Source: an uncultured virus (IMG/VR IMGVR_UViG_3300031673_000018)
Lineage: Duplodnaviria; Heunggongvirae; Uroviricota; Caudoviricetes
Strand: one strand, 5' to 3'
IMG/VR virus record: IMGVR_UViG_3300031673_000018
DNA length: 64,000 nucleotides
Both the position numbers and the translations under genes were made by a program. Positions 1 to 8,360 of the stretch are shown one piece after another (the first letter of the stretch is position 1; each line of letters starts with the position of its first letter). The notes beneath the pieces are model-generated. The model saw only the letters and a program-made list of their open reading frames with translations, ran no database searches and had not been told where the DNA came from.

Positions 1-291
1 TGGCTTAATCTCTACGCGAAGTTTAACACTGTAGCCACGGCACAGCTGAAAGGAATCTTCACAGTCAGGCATTCCTCGAGCAACACCATATACGCTAAGT
101 TCGAAGTAACGCAATGGAAGGACCTCTACGCTAAATTCGAGACTGTAGCCACGGCGCAGCTGAAGGGAATCTTCATCGCCAGGCAACCAGATTCGGAAGT
201 CTTACGCGGAGAATTCCGTGTAACTGCCGAAGGATGGATAATGCAGGGACTAACTGCAGCAGTATATCGAGATCTAGGCGTAATATCATAA
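1..291 (+). CDS. C-terminal fragment of a beta-repeat virion fibre protein (5' truncated by window)
   Basis: Frame 1 is open from base 1 to TAA at 289-291 and reads LYAKFETVATAQLKGIF, the same repeat as in 8360-11434 and 11880-13598. Confidence 0.8.
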   Translation, partial: WLNLYAKFNTVATAQLKGIFTVRHSSSNTIYAKFEVTQWKDLYAKFETVATAQLKGIFIARQPDSEVLRGEFRVTAEGWIMQGLTAAVYRDLGVIS

Positions 292-330
292 CCCCTCTTT
301 TTTTATATTCCTGAATGCTTATCTAAATGA

Positions 331-900
331 ATGTTACGTAAATGCATCTTCTGTGGTTTAGAAGCAACCTCTTTGGCTGATTTGGAATTATTTGTAAAAA
401 ATAAAGCCAGTAGTTATGGAAGAATGAATCAATGCAAAAAATGTTGGAATAATAGAATGGTTCTCAGAAGATACGACGATAAAAAATATCTCAAGCATAT
501 ATTCCAAGGAATGAAACAGAGATGCTATAATCCGAAAAATAATAATTATCCAAAATACGGCGCAAAAGGAACTACTATTTGCCAAAGCTGGTTGAAAAAT
601 CCTGAATCCTTTGTAGAATGGGCATTATCCAATGGTTTCAAAAAATCTTTACTGATTGATAGAATGGATAATGAAAACGGATATAGCCCTAATAATTGTC
701 GATGGATTGACGCAAAACTTTCGTCATATAATCGGCGATGTTCAACCACAGACATAAATGCTGGAACCCGTCGATGTGCCCGATGCGGAAAAATCAAGGC
801 ATTAAAAGATTTTCCTAGATCAAAAAACAGGTTTCAAGGACGGGGGCATTGGTGCAAGGCCTGTTTTCGAGAATATAAGAAACTTAGATATACCCAATAG
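331..900 (+). CDS. HNH-type (phage homing-like) endonuclease with Zn-binding CxxC motifs
   Basis: MKQRCYNP..YPKYG..G..IC..W..F..WA..IDRMDN..GYSPNNCRW signature; TATA-like TTTATA about 25 nt upstream (probably leaderless). Confidence 0.8.
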   Translation: MLRKCIFCGLEATSLADLELFVKNKASSYGRMNQCKKCWNNRMVLRRYDDKKYLKHIFQGMKQRCYNPKNNNYPKYGAKGTTICQSWLKNPESFVEWALSNGFKKSLLIDRMDNENGYSPNNCRWIDAKLSSYNRRCSTTDINAGTRRCARCGKIKALKDFPRSKNRFQGRGHWCKACFREYKKLRYTQ

Positions 901-915
901 TCTATACTTGATTCC

Positions 916-1563
916 ATGTCTTTGTGGAATGATAAAAGAGTGCAGCGGTATATCCGGCTCTACGGAGATCCTCGGGAAAAGAAAGGCTCACAGAGCGCCC
1001 TTTGCTCTGACATTGTGTCCTTGATGATAGATGGCTCTGTTGCAGATTTCGCCTGCGGGATGGGCCACTTAGCCGCATACATCGAAGAAGATAGATATTT
1101 GGGTTTGGACTTGAGTGAAGAAATGCTGGAGAAGGCTAGGGGCTTTTTCCCAGATAAAATGTTTATTCGGGTGGACATAACAAAGAATTTCCCGGAGCTC
1201 ATCGAGCAGCTCTACGATAATACTGTTGCTGTAAGCATTTCCCTTCATCTGAAAAGAACAGAAGCCTACGAATTATATCGATCAATGTGGGAACATACTA
1301 GCCCAGGAGGACGCATGATATTCTCCATGGAAACTAACGGCGATAAGATGAATCGAAGGCTAGATGGGCTGCTAATAAGGAACCAGCTTGTTGAAGGTGT
1401 TATTGAAGATGTGCAGGCAATAACAAAAGAAATCGTTAACACTGCCACCCAGAAAACAACGCTAGCAATAGTGGAAGAAATCCACCCTCTATCTGATAAG
1501 GTGAAGATAACTGATTTCACCCAAATAGCTCGAACAACCCTATTCTGGATTAATAAACGGTGA
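916..1563 (+). CDS. Class I SAM-dependent methyltransferase
   Basis: VADFACGMG motif I followed by GLDLSEEML. Confidence 0.8.
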   Translation: MSLWNDKRVQRYIRLYGDPREKKGSQSALCSDIVSLMIDGSVADFACGMGHLAAYIEEDRYLGLDLSEEMLEKARGFFPDKMFIRVDITKNFPELIEQLYDNTVAVSISLHLKRTEAYELYRSMWEHTSPGGRMIFSMETNGDKMNRRLDGLLIRNQLVEGVIEDVQAITKEIVNTATQKTTLAIVEEIHPLSDKVKITDFTQIARTTLFWINKR

Positions 1564-1567
1564 TTAT

Positions 1568-2602
1568 ATGAAGATAGCATTCATTGCACTTAACCAGAAT
1601 TTCTGTGGCTCCATCCTGGGAGAGCTGGAATCAAAACATACAGTCAAGAACTTCAGACCTTCAGGCAACACGGCTTTAGATTACTTCAACATCATGGGCC
1701 TAATCAACTGGTGTGACCTTATCTACTGTGATTTCATCCAGACCCCGATGCCGGAAATCACCCAGATGCAGGGCCTTGGCAAGCCCCTCGTCGCCAGAAT
1801 GGATGGCATCGACATCCTGAACCACCGCATGGTTGACTGGAGAAATGTTTCAGCCCTGGTGCTTATGCCAGTCCAAGAAAAGCGCTTAAGACGTCTGCGG
1901 AATCTGTGGAATAGCGCAAATCCAGATAAAAAATTATTGAATTTACCAAAGAAAATCTTGAAACGCAACGTCGGAATCGATCTAGAGTTATTCCAGCCAG
2001 ATCTTAAGAGGGAACCCGGACATAAAATTGTACTCCACGCATCGGTAGTCCGAGATACTAAAGGCGTATACGAGGCAATCCAAGCATTCCGGCGTCTCAT
2101 CGAGGAAGACACGATTAATCCTTGGCAATTAACCATAATAGGGCAGTGGGAAGGCGGATATCTATGGCCGCAGCGGAAGGAATACGTGATGTGCTGCCAA
2201 GAACTTATCGAGGATCTTCAATTCCCTCCGGGTCGGTTTGGGCTTATTACCCATAACTTGCCTCGCAGAGAATGGGCCCAATACTTGAAAGAAGAAACGG
2301 ACTTCTACTGGTGTTTCAGTAAACGCGAGGGCTTCCCCAACAGCTTAGGAGAAGGCATGGCCTCGGGCGTCGTTCCGGTTATTAACAAGTTCTACGGCGC
2401 CGAACTGCTTTACCCGGACGAATTCATTTGCAAATCCCAGAGCGAGATCATAGAGAAAACCATCGAGTTCGGGCGACTCTATAAAGATTATCGCCAAGAA
2501 TTAAAGGTCGACGTCAGAAAACATATTGAGCGATATGATCGACATAAGACCGCGATTGATATAAGAGAACTCTGCGAGGAGGTATACGAAAATGTCAGGT
2601 AA
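1568..2602 (+). CDS. GT-B (GT4-like) glycosyltransferase
   Basis: NVGIDL, KGVYEAI and EGFPNSLGEGMASG (Ex7E) motifs. Confidence 0.85.
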   Translation: MKIAFIALNQNFCGSILGELESKHTVKNFRPSGNTALDYFNIMGLINWCDLIYCDFIQTPMPEITQMQGLGKPLVARMDGIDILNHRMVDWRNVSALVLMPVQEKRLRRLRNLWNSANPDKKLLNLPKKILKRNVGIDLELFQPDLKREPGHKIVLHASVVRDTKGVYEAIQAFRRLIEEDTINPWQLTIIGQWEGGYLWPQRKEYVMCCQELIEDLQFPPGRFGLITHNLPRREWAQYLKEETDFYWCFSKREGFPNSLGEGMASGVVPVINKFYGAELLYPDEFICKSQSEIIEKTIEFGRLYKDYRQELKVDVRKHIERYDRHKTAIDIRELCEEVYENVR

Positions 2603-3740
2603 AAGCAGTAAACTTGCTCTAGGACCAGACGGTGGAACCCCACCATGGAAAGAAGGAGAAAAAATAGATCTAAGAATAGTTCATTGGTGTCTATGGGGTC
2701 CACGTGTAAGTGGCATGTATGAGACTGTCCGAGAATTAATTCAAGCCGAAAACCAAATTGAAGGAGTCCTCGCCGGTATGTGTGAAACACCTAATTCAAA
2801 AGCACCACAACTAGAGGTCCAGCAAGCCGCCATGGGCGGAAAAGCCGACACACTATTCCCGACACTTAGAACCCAAGACTGGGGTTATGGGATGAAGTAT
2901 GCTGACGTCCACATGATCCATTCCACCATGAGCACAAAAGTTGGTGAGCTCAAACCAAAAGTTTTCTTCCACCATGGCACCCCGGAGGCGTGTTTAGCGA
3001 ATGATCTGGAGAAAGGGTCTGTTAGCTTCATGTCCGCTGCGGAGTGGACTAACAAGATGGAGGCAACATTCGTAACCAGCAAACGTGCCTACGAGATCTG
3101 GAGCGCATTTGACTATGATGATAAAATCCAATTAATAGACAAAGGCATAGATTTGGATTGGTGGAAGAGAAGTACAACGCAGCAGGACATAGATGGAGAT
3201 CCAAGCATTCTTTATGGTGAGATCTGGCGAGGCATAAAACACCCACTGCACCTCTTCTATGCCTGTAAACGTCTTTTTGAGGAAAACCCAAAGATGCGGC
3301 TAAACGTCTGGGGCCTTAATGTACACCAGAAGTTCTGGGAAAAATTCACTCAATGGACTAACTGTAAAGATTTCATTGGTAAACGAGGCCTCAAAGGAAT
3401 AGTGGATTACCCCTCACACTATTATACGCGCGGCGATGTCTTGATGAGCCCTGGACTCTACGGTGATGTCTCGAGAACACAGCAGGAGGCCATGGCGTGT
3501 GGATGCCCAGTTGTCAGCTGGGACACTGATCCTTACGGTGATGCCCATAGCTATAGATACGCCAAGGCATTCAACACAGAGGATCTTGCAGAGAAACTCA
3601 CTGACGTCTATAACGAAGTCCTCGATGATCGAGACGGCGTGGCTCTAAAATGCAGGAACCTTGCAGAGAAATACTTCAATGTCAATGATGAGGCAAAACA
3701 AATCGTCGACGTCCTCAGACAGGTTGTCGGGGAAACCTAA
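2592..3740 (+). CDS. GT-B (GT4-like) glycosyltransferase
   Basis: KGIDL and EAMACGCPVV motifs; overlaps the preceding GT gene. Confidence 0.8.
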   Translation: MSGKSSKLALGPDGGTPPWKEGEKIDLRIVHWCLWGPRVSGMYETVRELIQAENQIEGVLAGMCETPNSKAPQLEVQQAAMGGKADTLFPTLRTQDWGYGMKYADVHMIHSTMSTKVGELKPKVFFHHGTPEACLANDLEKGSVSFMSAAEWTNKMEATFVTSKRAYEIWSAFDYDDKIQLIDKGIDLDWWKRSTTQQDIDGDPSILYGEIWRGIKHPLHLFYACKRLFEENPKMRLNVWGLNVHQKFWEKFTQWTNCKDFIGKRGLKGIVDYPSHYYTRGDVLMSPGLYGDVSRTQQEAMACGCPVVSWDTDPYGDAHSYRYAKAFNTEDLAEKLTDVYNEVLDDRDGVALKCRNLAEKYFNVNDEAKQIVDVLRQVVGET

Positions 3741-3778
3741 TTTATTTTCACCATTGTAAAGTAATAGTTTTATAATAC

Positions 3779-3791
3779 AGAACTATGTTCT
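3779..3791. promoter_or_regulatory. Inverted repeat AGAAC-TAT-GTTCT just downstream of a TATA box (candidate operator)
   Basis: The 17-mer ATACAGAACTATGTTCT at 3775-3791 recurs exactly at 22613-22629. Confidence 0.5.
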
Positions 3792-3810
3792 ATTCTTTGG
3801 GAGAACACCA

Positions 3811-4200
3811 ATGGCACTATCCGCGCCTGAAGTGTCCTTTAGCACGGGATCGATCAACTACGGGACGATCGACGTGGGGGCATCTTCAGCTAAAGCACAG
3901 TACAGCATCTTCGAGCAGAAGAACTCTACCTCTTGGGCCAACGCCATCAACATGAGCATCTCCTTCAAGGAGAGCACCAACGCTAGCGAAGCTCGAAAAG
4001 AAAGCTGGGTAATGGTATCCACTCCAGGTGAAGCCAGCGTCTATATCGAGAGCGTCGGGGGCAACGAGGCCTATGCAGGCAGCCTAGTAGCTAAGGCCAT
4101 ATCGTTAGTCGTCAGGACTAAGGTAAAGGTCGCCGCAGATGCAACAACCGCGGGCCGCGTCGCATTCCTCCTGCATCACAGGTACCAGTATACTGGATAG
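3811..4200 (+). CDS. Small beta-rich putative virion protein
   Basis: 129-aa ORF with GGGAG RBS, TATA box, S/T/A-rich beta-strand pattern, located in the structural module. Confidence 0.55.
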   Translation: MALSAPEVSFSTGSINYGTIDVGASSAKAQYSIFEQKNSTSWANAINMSISFKESTNASEARKESWVMVSTPGEASVYIESVGGNEAYAGSLVAKAISLVVRTKVKVAADATTAGRVAFLLHHRYQYTG

Positions 4201-4329
4201 CCTGAATGCAGAGGATGTGACCACCCAAAAGCAGGTGGCGCAAGCGCAGCTGCAATCGTGTTCAAACCTCCGGTCGTGAAAACGGACCGCCCCTGTCGGA
4301 TGGAAGGTAAAGCAGGACCGAAGTTTTTT

Positions 4330-4347
4330 TTATGCCCCGGGGCATAA
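4330..4347. repeat. Perfect palindrome TTATGCCCCGGGGCATAA, copy 1
   Basis: Seen directly; recurs at 22946-22961 and 56164-56181, all intergenic. Confidence 0.9.
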
Positions 4348-4977
4348 TCAGGCTTTAAGTTGCAACTTTTGGCCTTTCTGTGTGAAGGCGAGTAAAACAT
4401 TTTGGCTGCGAATGACGAGTTCAGCGCGGATCTTAGGGTTATTGAGGATAATGGCTAAGCCAGTCGGTGTTCCACTGACACTTTTAATTACGTTGCTGTT
4501 AATTACCGTGTAGACGTTGTCTATCAAATCTTTTTGCCACGCGGGGAACACTGACCCTTTTTTCGGTGGATCCAGCCTCTTGGCATTGATACCCTGCACA
4601 GTGGCCTCAACAACCTCGAAGAAGCTGAGATTTACATCAAAGTTATTCGGGTCCATGGTTAGTCTGCATTGGACTGGAGGATCTGATCCGATTAAATGGC
4701 ATCCGATGGTTCTTTTCAGAACTTCAGGTGGGGGCTGTGGACCTGCGGTCATTCTCATATCCGCCCCCATGTCTGTGGAAACAAAGAACATCTCGGTGAA
4801 AGGAGATTTCATGATGGTAAGGTGTCGACCTTTTATCAGCCTTTCAACACTGGTTATGCTTTGAAGTGTGTATCCACGACCTCTTAAATCCAGTTCCAGC
4901 TGTTTATGCCCTGGAGGATAAAGGTGCTCATCGGTAAGTGTTTTTCCATCATCTAGATGGATCATCCAGTTAACCAT
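4348..4977 (-). CDS. Hypothetical protein
   Basis: 209-aa ORF with GGTG RBS, transcribed divergently from 5081. Confidence 0.7.
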   Translation of the reverse strand: MVNWMIHLDDGKTLTDEHLYPPGHKQLELDLRGRGYTLQSITSVERLIKGRHLTIMKSPFTEMFFVSTDMGADMRMTAGPQPPPEVLKRTIGCHLIGSDPPVQCRLTMDPNNFDVNLSFFEVVEATVQGINAKRLDPPKKGSVFPAWQKDLIDNVYTVINSNVIKSVSGTPTGLAIILNNPKIRAELVIRSQNVLLAFTQKGQKLQLKA

Positions 4978-5080
4978 ACCACCAAAACACTTTCTATCCT
5001 TATTTGATTTACTTGAAACTGTTGCGCCTATACTAACAGATTTTTTAATCCCATGGGCTTAGTTTAATTAGGCGGAGCTG

Positions 5081-6883
5081 TTGACACAAGAAGACTTCAC
5101 AACTTGGACTGAGACTGGGGTTGTAGCGAGGCTATCCCAAACTCAGGCTCGATCTACTTGGACCCTTCTTCAACGAAATGATTATGACACTCTTCTTTAC
5201 GATACTAAAACCGGTCAGCTACAGAATTTCACTTATTATTTCACGTTTAGATGTACTGCTCAGTTAAGCGCAACCCAGACCATTAGAGTAAACCCGTTCT
5301 CTGTGTGTCAAGTATTACAGGATTACATCGCTCACGATACAGGTAATTATGAAAACTTTGGCGTTATGTACCGGGCAAATGCTAGCAGCAGCACCATTGG
5401 AAGGCTTTCGCTCTTTGAGCTAAACAATGGAACTGGCTACGTCAGTATTGACCATGTTCTCAATGTAGGGACAATCCGTTATCTGAAAATAACCAAAGCC
5501 GGCACAGCCCTTAAACTCCAAGTATACAGTGACGCAGCTTTCACCACCCTGATAGATACTTTGGACCTTGTTCTCCACGCAAACCATAATTTACCTTACC
5601 TGGCATGCCCTCAGAGCGCAGGCTACGCTACAACTGCCACTACCTCAGGTTATATACAGAATCTAAAAGACTCTCTAGTAGAAGATGGGAGCACAGATCT
5701 CTACGCGAAATTCGAGGTTGCCAGTCCAAGTGGATCAGCTGATCTATACGCGAAGTTCGATGTAGGGCAGGGAACTGGAGATTTAAAAGGTATCCTGGTA
5801 GTCAGGAGCTCTTCAAGCTCTGTATTGAAGGGCGTCTTCACAGTCAGGCGCTCTTCAAGCTCCGCATTGAAGGGAATTTTAATCGTCCAGCATTCCTCGA
5901 GCGCAGCTCTGAAAGGTATCCTGGTAGTCAGGAACTCTTCAAGCTCTGTATTGAAGGGCGTCTTCACAGTCAGGCGCTCTTCAAGCTCTATATTGAAGGG
6001 CGTCTTCACAGTCAGGCGCTCTTCAAGCTCCGCATTGAAGGGAGTTTTCATCGTCCAGCATTCCTCGAGTGTGAATCTGAAGGGCATCTTAGTTGTTAAG
6101 AATGCCTCGAGCGCAGTTCTGAAAGGCATCCTGGTAGTCAGGCAAGCCTCGAGCGCAGCTCTGAAAGGTATCCTGGTAGTCAGGAGCTCTTCAAGCTCTG
6201 TATTGAAGGGTGTCTTCACAGTCAGGCACTCTTCAAGCGCCGCATTGAAAGGGGTCTTCATCGTCCAGCATTCCTCGAGTGCGAACCTGAAAGGCATCTT
6301 CACCGTCAGACACACAGCGACCAAGGATCTTTACGCGAGATTTGTGATCCGCACAGGAGTTGATCTCATTGCTGAATTTGAAATTAGGCATTCTAATAAT
6401 GTTGATCTAAAAGGCATCGTCACCGTCCGACATTCCTCGAGCGCGTCATTGAATGGCATCCTCATAGTCCGGCACACATCAACCAAGGACCTCTACGCGA
6501 AGTTCGAGGCTCAAGCCACGGCTGCTCTGAAGGGCGTCATCATCGTCCAGCATTCCTCGAGTGTGGGGGTGAAGGGCATACTCATCGTCCAGCATTCCTC
6601 GAATGTGTGGTTGAAGGGCATACTCATCGTCCGCCATTCCTCGGCTATACAGCTTGCAGCCAAGGTTTTCGTCACACGCCCCGGGTCGAATAACCTTATG
6701 GCGATCTTTGCGACGTCGACGGTGAATGCTTCGCCAGTGGTTTTGAAGAGCATATTCTACGTTAGACCAGGCACGCTTATGGGAGAAGGCTTCAGAATAA
6801 GCGGACGGATGAGGACAGATATACGGATAGGCGGAATTGAAACAACGATAAAAGGTGGCGGAAGGGCCTCAATAAAAGGATAA
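5081..6883 (+). CDS. Putative fibre/spike protein: N-terminal beta-sandwich plus about 20 tandem 14-aa repeats
   Basis: LKG(I/V)(F/L)xV(R/Q)xSSS repeats with a 42-nt period. Confidence 0.7.
   Translation: MTQEDFTTWTETGVVARLSQTQARSTWTLLQRNDYDTLLYDTKTGQLQNFTYYFTFRCTAQLSATQTIRVNPFSVCQVLQDYIAHDTGNYENFGVMYRANASSSTIGRLSLFELNNGTGYVSIDHVLNVGTIRYLKITKAGTALKLQVYSDAAFTTLIDTLDLVLHANHNLPYLACPQSAGYATTATTSGYIQNLKDSLVEDGSTDLYAKFEVASPSGSADLYAKFDVGQGTGDLKGILVVRSSSSSVLKGVFTVRRSSSSALKGILIVQHSSSAALKGILVVRNSSSSVLKGVFTVRRSSSSILKGVFTVRRSSSSALKGVFIVQHSSSVNLKGILVVKNASSAVLKGILVVRQASSAALKGILVVRSSSSSVLKGVFTVRHSSSAALKGVFIVQHSSSANLKGIFTVRHTATKDLYARFVIRTGVDLIAEFEIRHSNNVDLKGIVTVRHSSSASLNGILIVRHTSTKDLYAKFEAQATAALKGVIIVQHSSSVGVKGILIVQHSSNVWLKGILIVRHSSAIQLAAKVFVTRPGSNNLMAIFATSTVNASPVVLKSIFYVRPGTLMGEGFRISGRMRTDIRIGGIETTIKGGGRASIKG
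5780..6650 (+). repeat. 42-bp coding tandem repeat array
   Basis: Repeated units such as ctcttcaagctctgtattgaagggcgtcttcacagtcagg and cattcctcgag. Confidence 0.9.
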
Positions 6884-6899
6884 AAAATAAGAGTAGAGT

Positions 6900-8360
6900 T
6901 TACCAAGCCCAGATTCTTACTTCTCCCCGTCCACCGTCGCCGCCTTTTCCACCAACACTGTTCCCGCCGCCGCCGCCTCCTCCGCCGCCGCCAGGTGCTC
7001 CGCCTTTTCCCCCAGCTCCGCCTGTCCCGGTATTGTTACCTGCTCCGCCTCCTCCTCCCTTTCCGCAGGCATCAACACCATCATCTCCATCCGTGCCATC
7101 GCCTCCGGGTATCGAACCTCCCGCTCCTCCGCCTCCGGTTGTCCAGGTTTTAACGGATCCGCCTACGCCACCCGGCCCCTCTTCTCCGTCAGAGTATAAT
7201 CCTCCTCCTCCGGCGCCGCCTGCTCCGCCTTGTATTGAGCTTCCACCTTTCTCCCCAGAATCTCCTTTATAGTATTTGCCGTAACCTCCGCCTCCACCAC
7301 CATATTCTGCGCTGTCGCCAGTCCATGCGCCACCGTGCGATAAACCTTCGTACTCGTTATGATATGGATGTCCACCATAACCGTTAGTTGATCCAACTCC
7401 GCCTGAGCCTCCGCCTCCAGCACCAACTATCTCACCCGTTACGCCGCCTTTGGCTGGACCGCCTCCAAAAGCACTTAAAATCTCGCCGAAGGAAGATTCT
7501 TCGCCAGCCGTTCCGGGGCTGCCATTAGCTAGACTTCCCCCATCGCCTCCTAATCCTCCATCTCCAACTGTCACGGTTTCGGTGTCGCCACATAAATCTG
7601 CTAGAATTACTTTAGTTGTATAGGCGCCGCCTCCTCCTCCGGCTCCTCCTCCTCTGTAGTAGGTGCTGGATCCCCTTCCTCCGCCTCCGCCACCGCCGCC
7701 AGCTATACATTCGATCAATATGAACATGGCTCCGTCTGGCTTTGTCCAGGTTCCTGAGTTGGTGAAGATCTGGGCGTCCCTCATGGTGCCCACCTCAAAC
7801 TGGCAGAATAGTTCAACATTATATTGTCTTAGACTAAACTCTGTTTTAAGGTCTATCGTTTCCTGCCGTAATCTGAACTCTGCACGCAGCTCCTGAGGGG
7901 CACCGTCACGAGAAATCTTGAACTCCACTGGTAGGTCATTTGTCGTTGATTGCCTCACAATAAATATACCTTTAAGATCAGGGGGCACAACAAACCAGAT
8001 AGTGAGATCCAATACCTTCCTAGTGCCGGTTGTATGGTAGGTCCAGAGGAAAGCTGTGACGTCCGTTGCATCCGGGCGGCTGCCGTCGAGCCCTAGCTCT
8101 GTGAAGCTGCTCATCGGGATGAAGACGTAATGCCAGTTAGCTGGTCCATCCGGGAAATATGCTCTCCAGTAACCTGTTGGACTGTGCATCTCAAACTCGG
8201 TGAGATGATCCGGTGCTCCGGCGCCCCACCAGTAGAAGCCGATCCCTCTGGCGTTGCTGATATTGTACTGCTGGTTGACTCTGAGAATCCCCCATATTTC
8301 GAGGAAGCTCTGTTTGACTGTAAATTCCGTCGAAAGCTCTGCAAAATCAGATAATGACAT
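6900..8360 (-). CDS. Glycine-rich tail fibre-type protein with an N-terminal CBM11-like segment
   Basis: IFTNSGTWTKP..IECIAGGGGGGGG...G.GG.GEVRIWAW glycine-rich fibre domain; a few LKGIFIVRQ-type repeats; TAATG overlap with upstream gene. Confidence 0.7.
   Translation of the reverse strand: MSLSDFAELSTEFTVKQSFLEIWGILRVNQQYNISNARGIGFYWWGAGAPDHLTEFEMHSPTGYWRAYFPDGPANWHYVFIPMSSFTELGLDGSRPDATDVTAFLWTYHTTGTRKVLDLTIWFVVPPDLKGIFIVRQSTTNDLPVEFKISRDGAPQELRAEFRLRQETIDLKTEFSLRQYNVELFCQFEVGTMRDAQIFTNSGTWTKPDGAMFILIECIAGGGGGGGGRGSSTYYRGGGAGGGGGAYTTKVILADLCGDTETVTVGDGGLGGDGGSLANGSPGTAGEESSFGEILSAFGGGPAKGGVTGEIVGAGGGGSGGVGSTNGYGGHPYHNEYEGLSHGGAWTGDSAEYGGGGGGYGKYYKGDSGEKGGSSIQGGAGGAGGGGLYSDGEEGPGGVGGSVKTWTTGGGGAGGSIPGGDGTDGDDGVDACGKGGGGGAGNNTGTGGAGGKGGAPGGGGGGGGGGNSVGGKGGDGGRGEVRIWAW

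Noticed and set aside
5701..7272. Antisense ORFs with repeats or poly-Pro (5701-6324, 7033-7272) and the many plus-strand ORFs in 21-64 kb
   Set aside because: Shadows of real genes on the opposite strand, with no RBS or recognisable motifs
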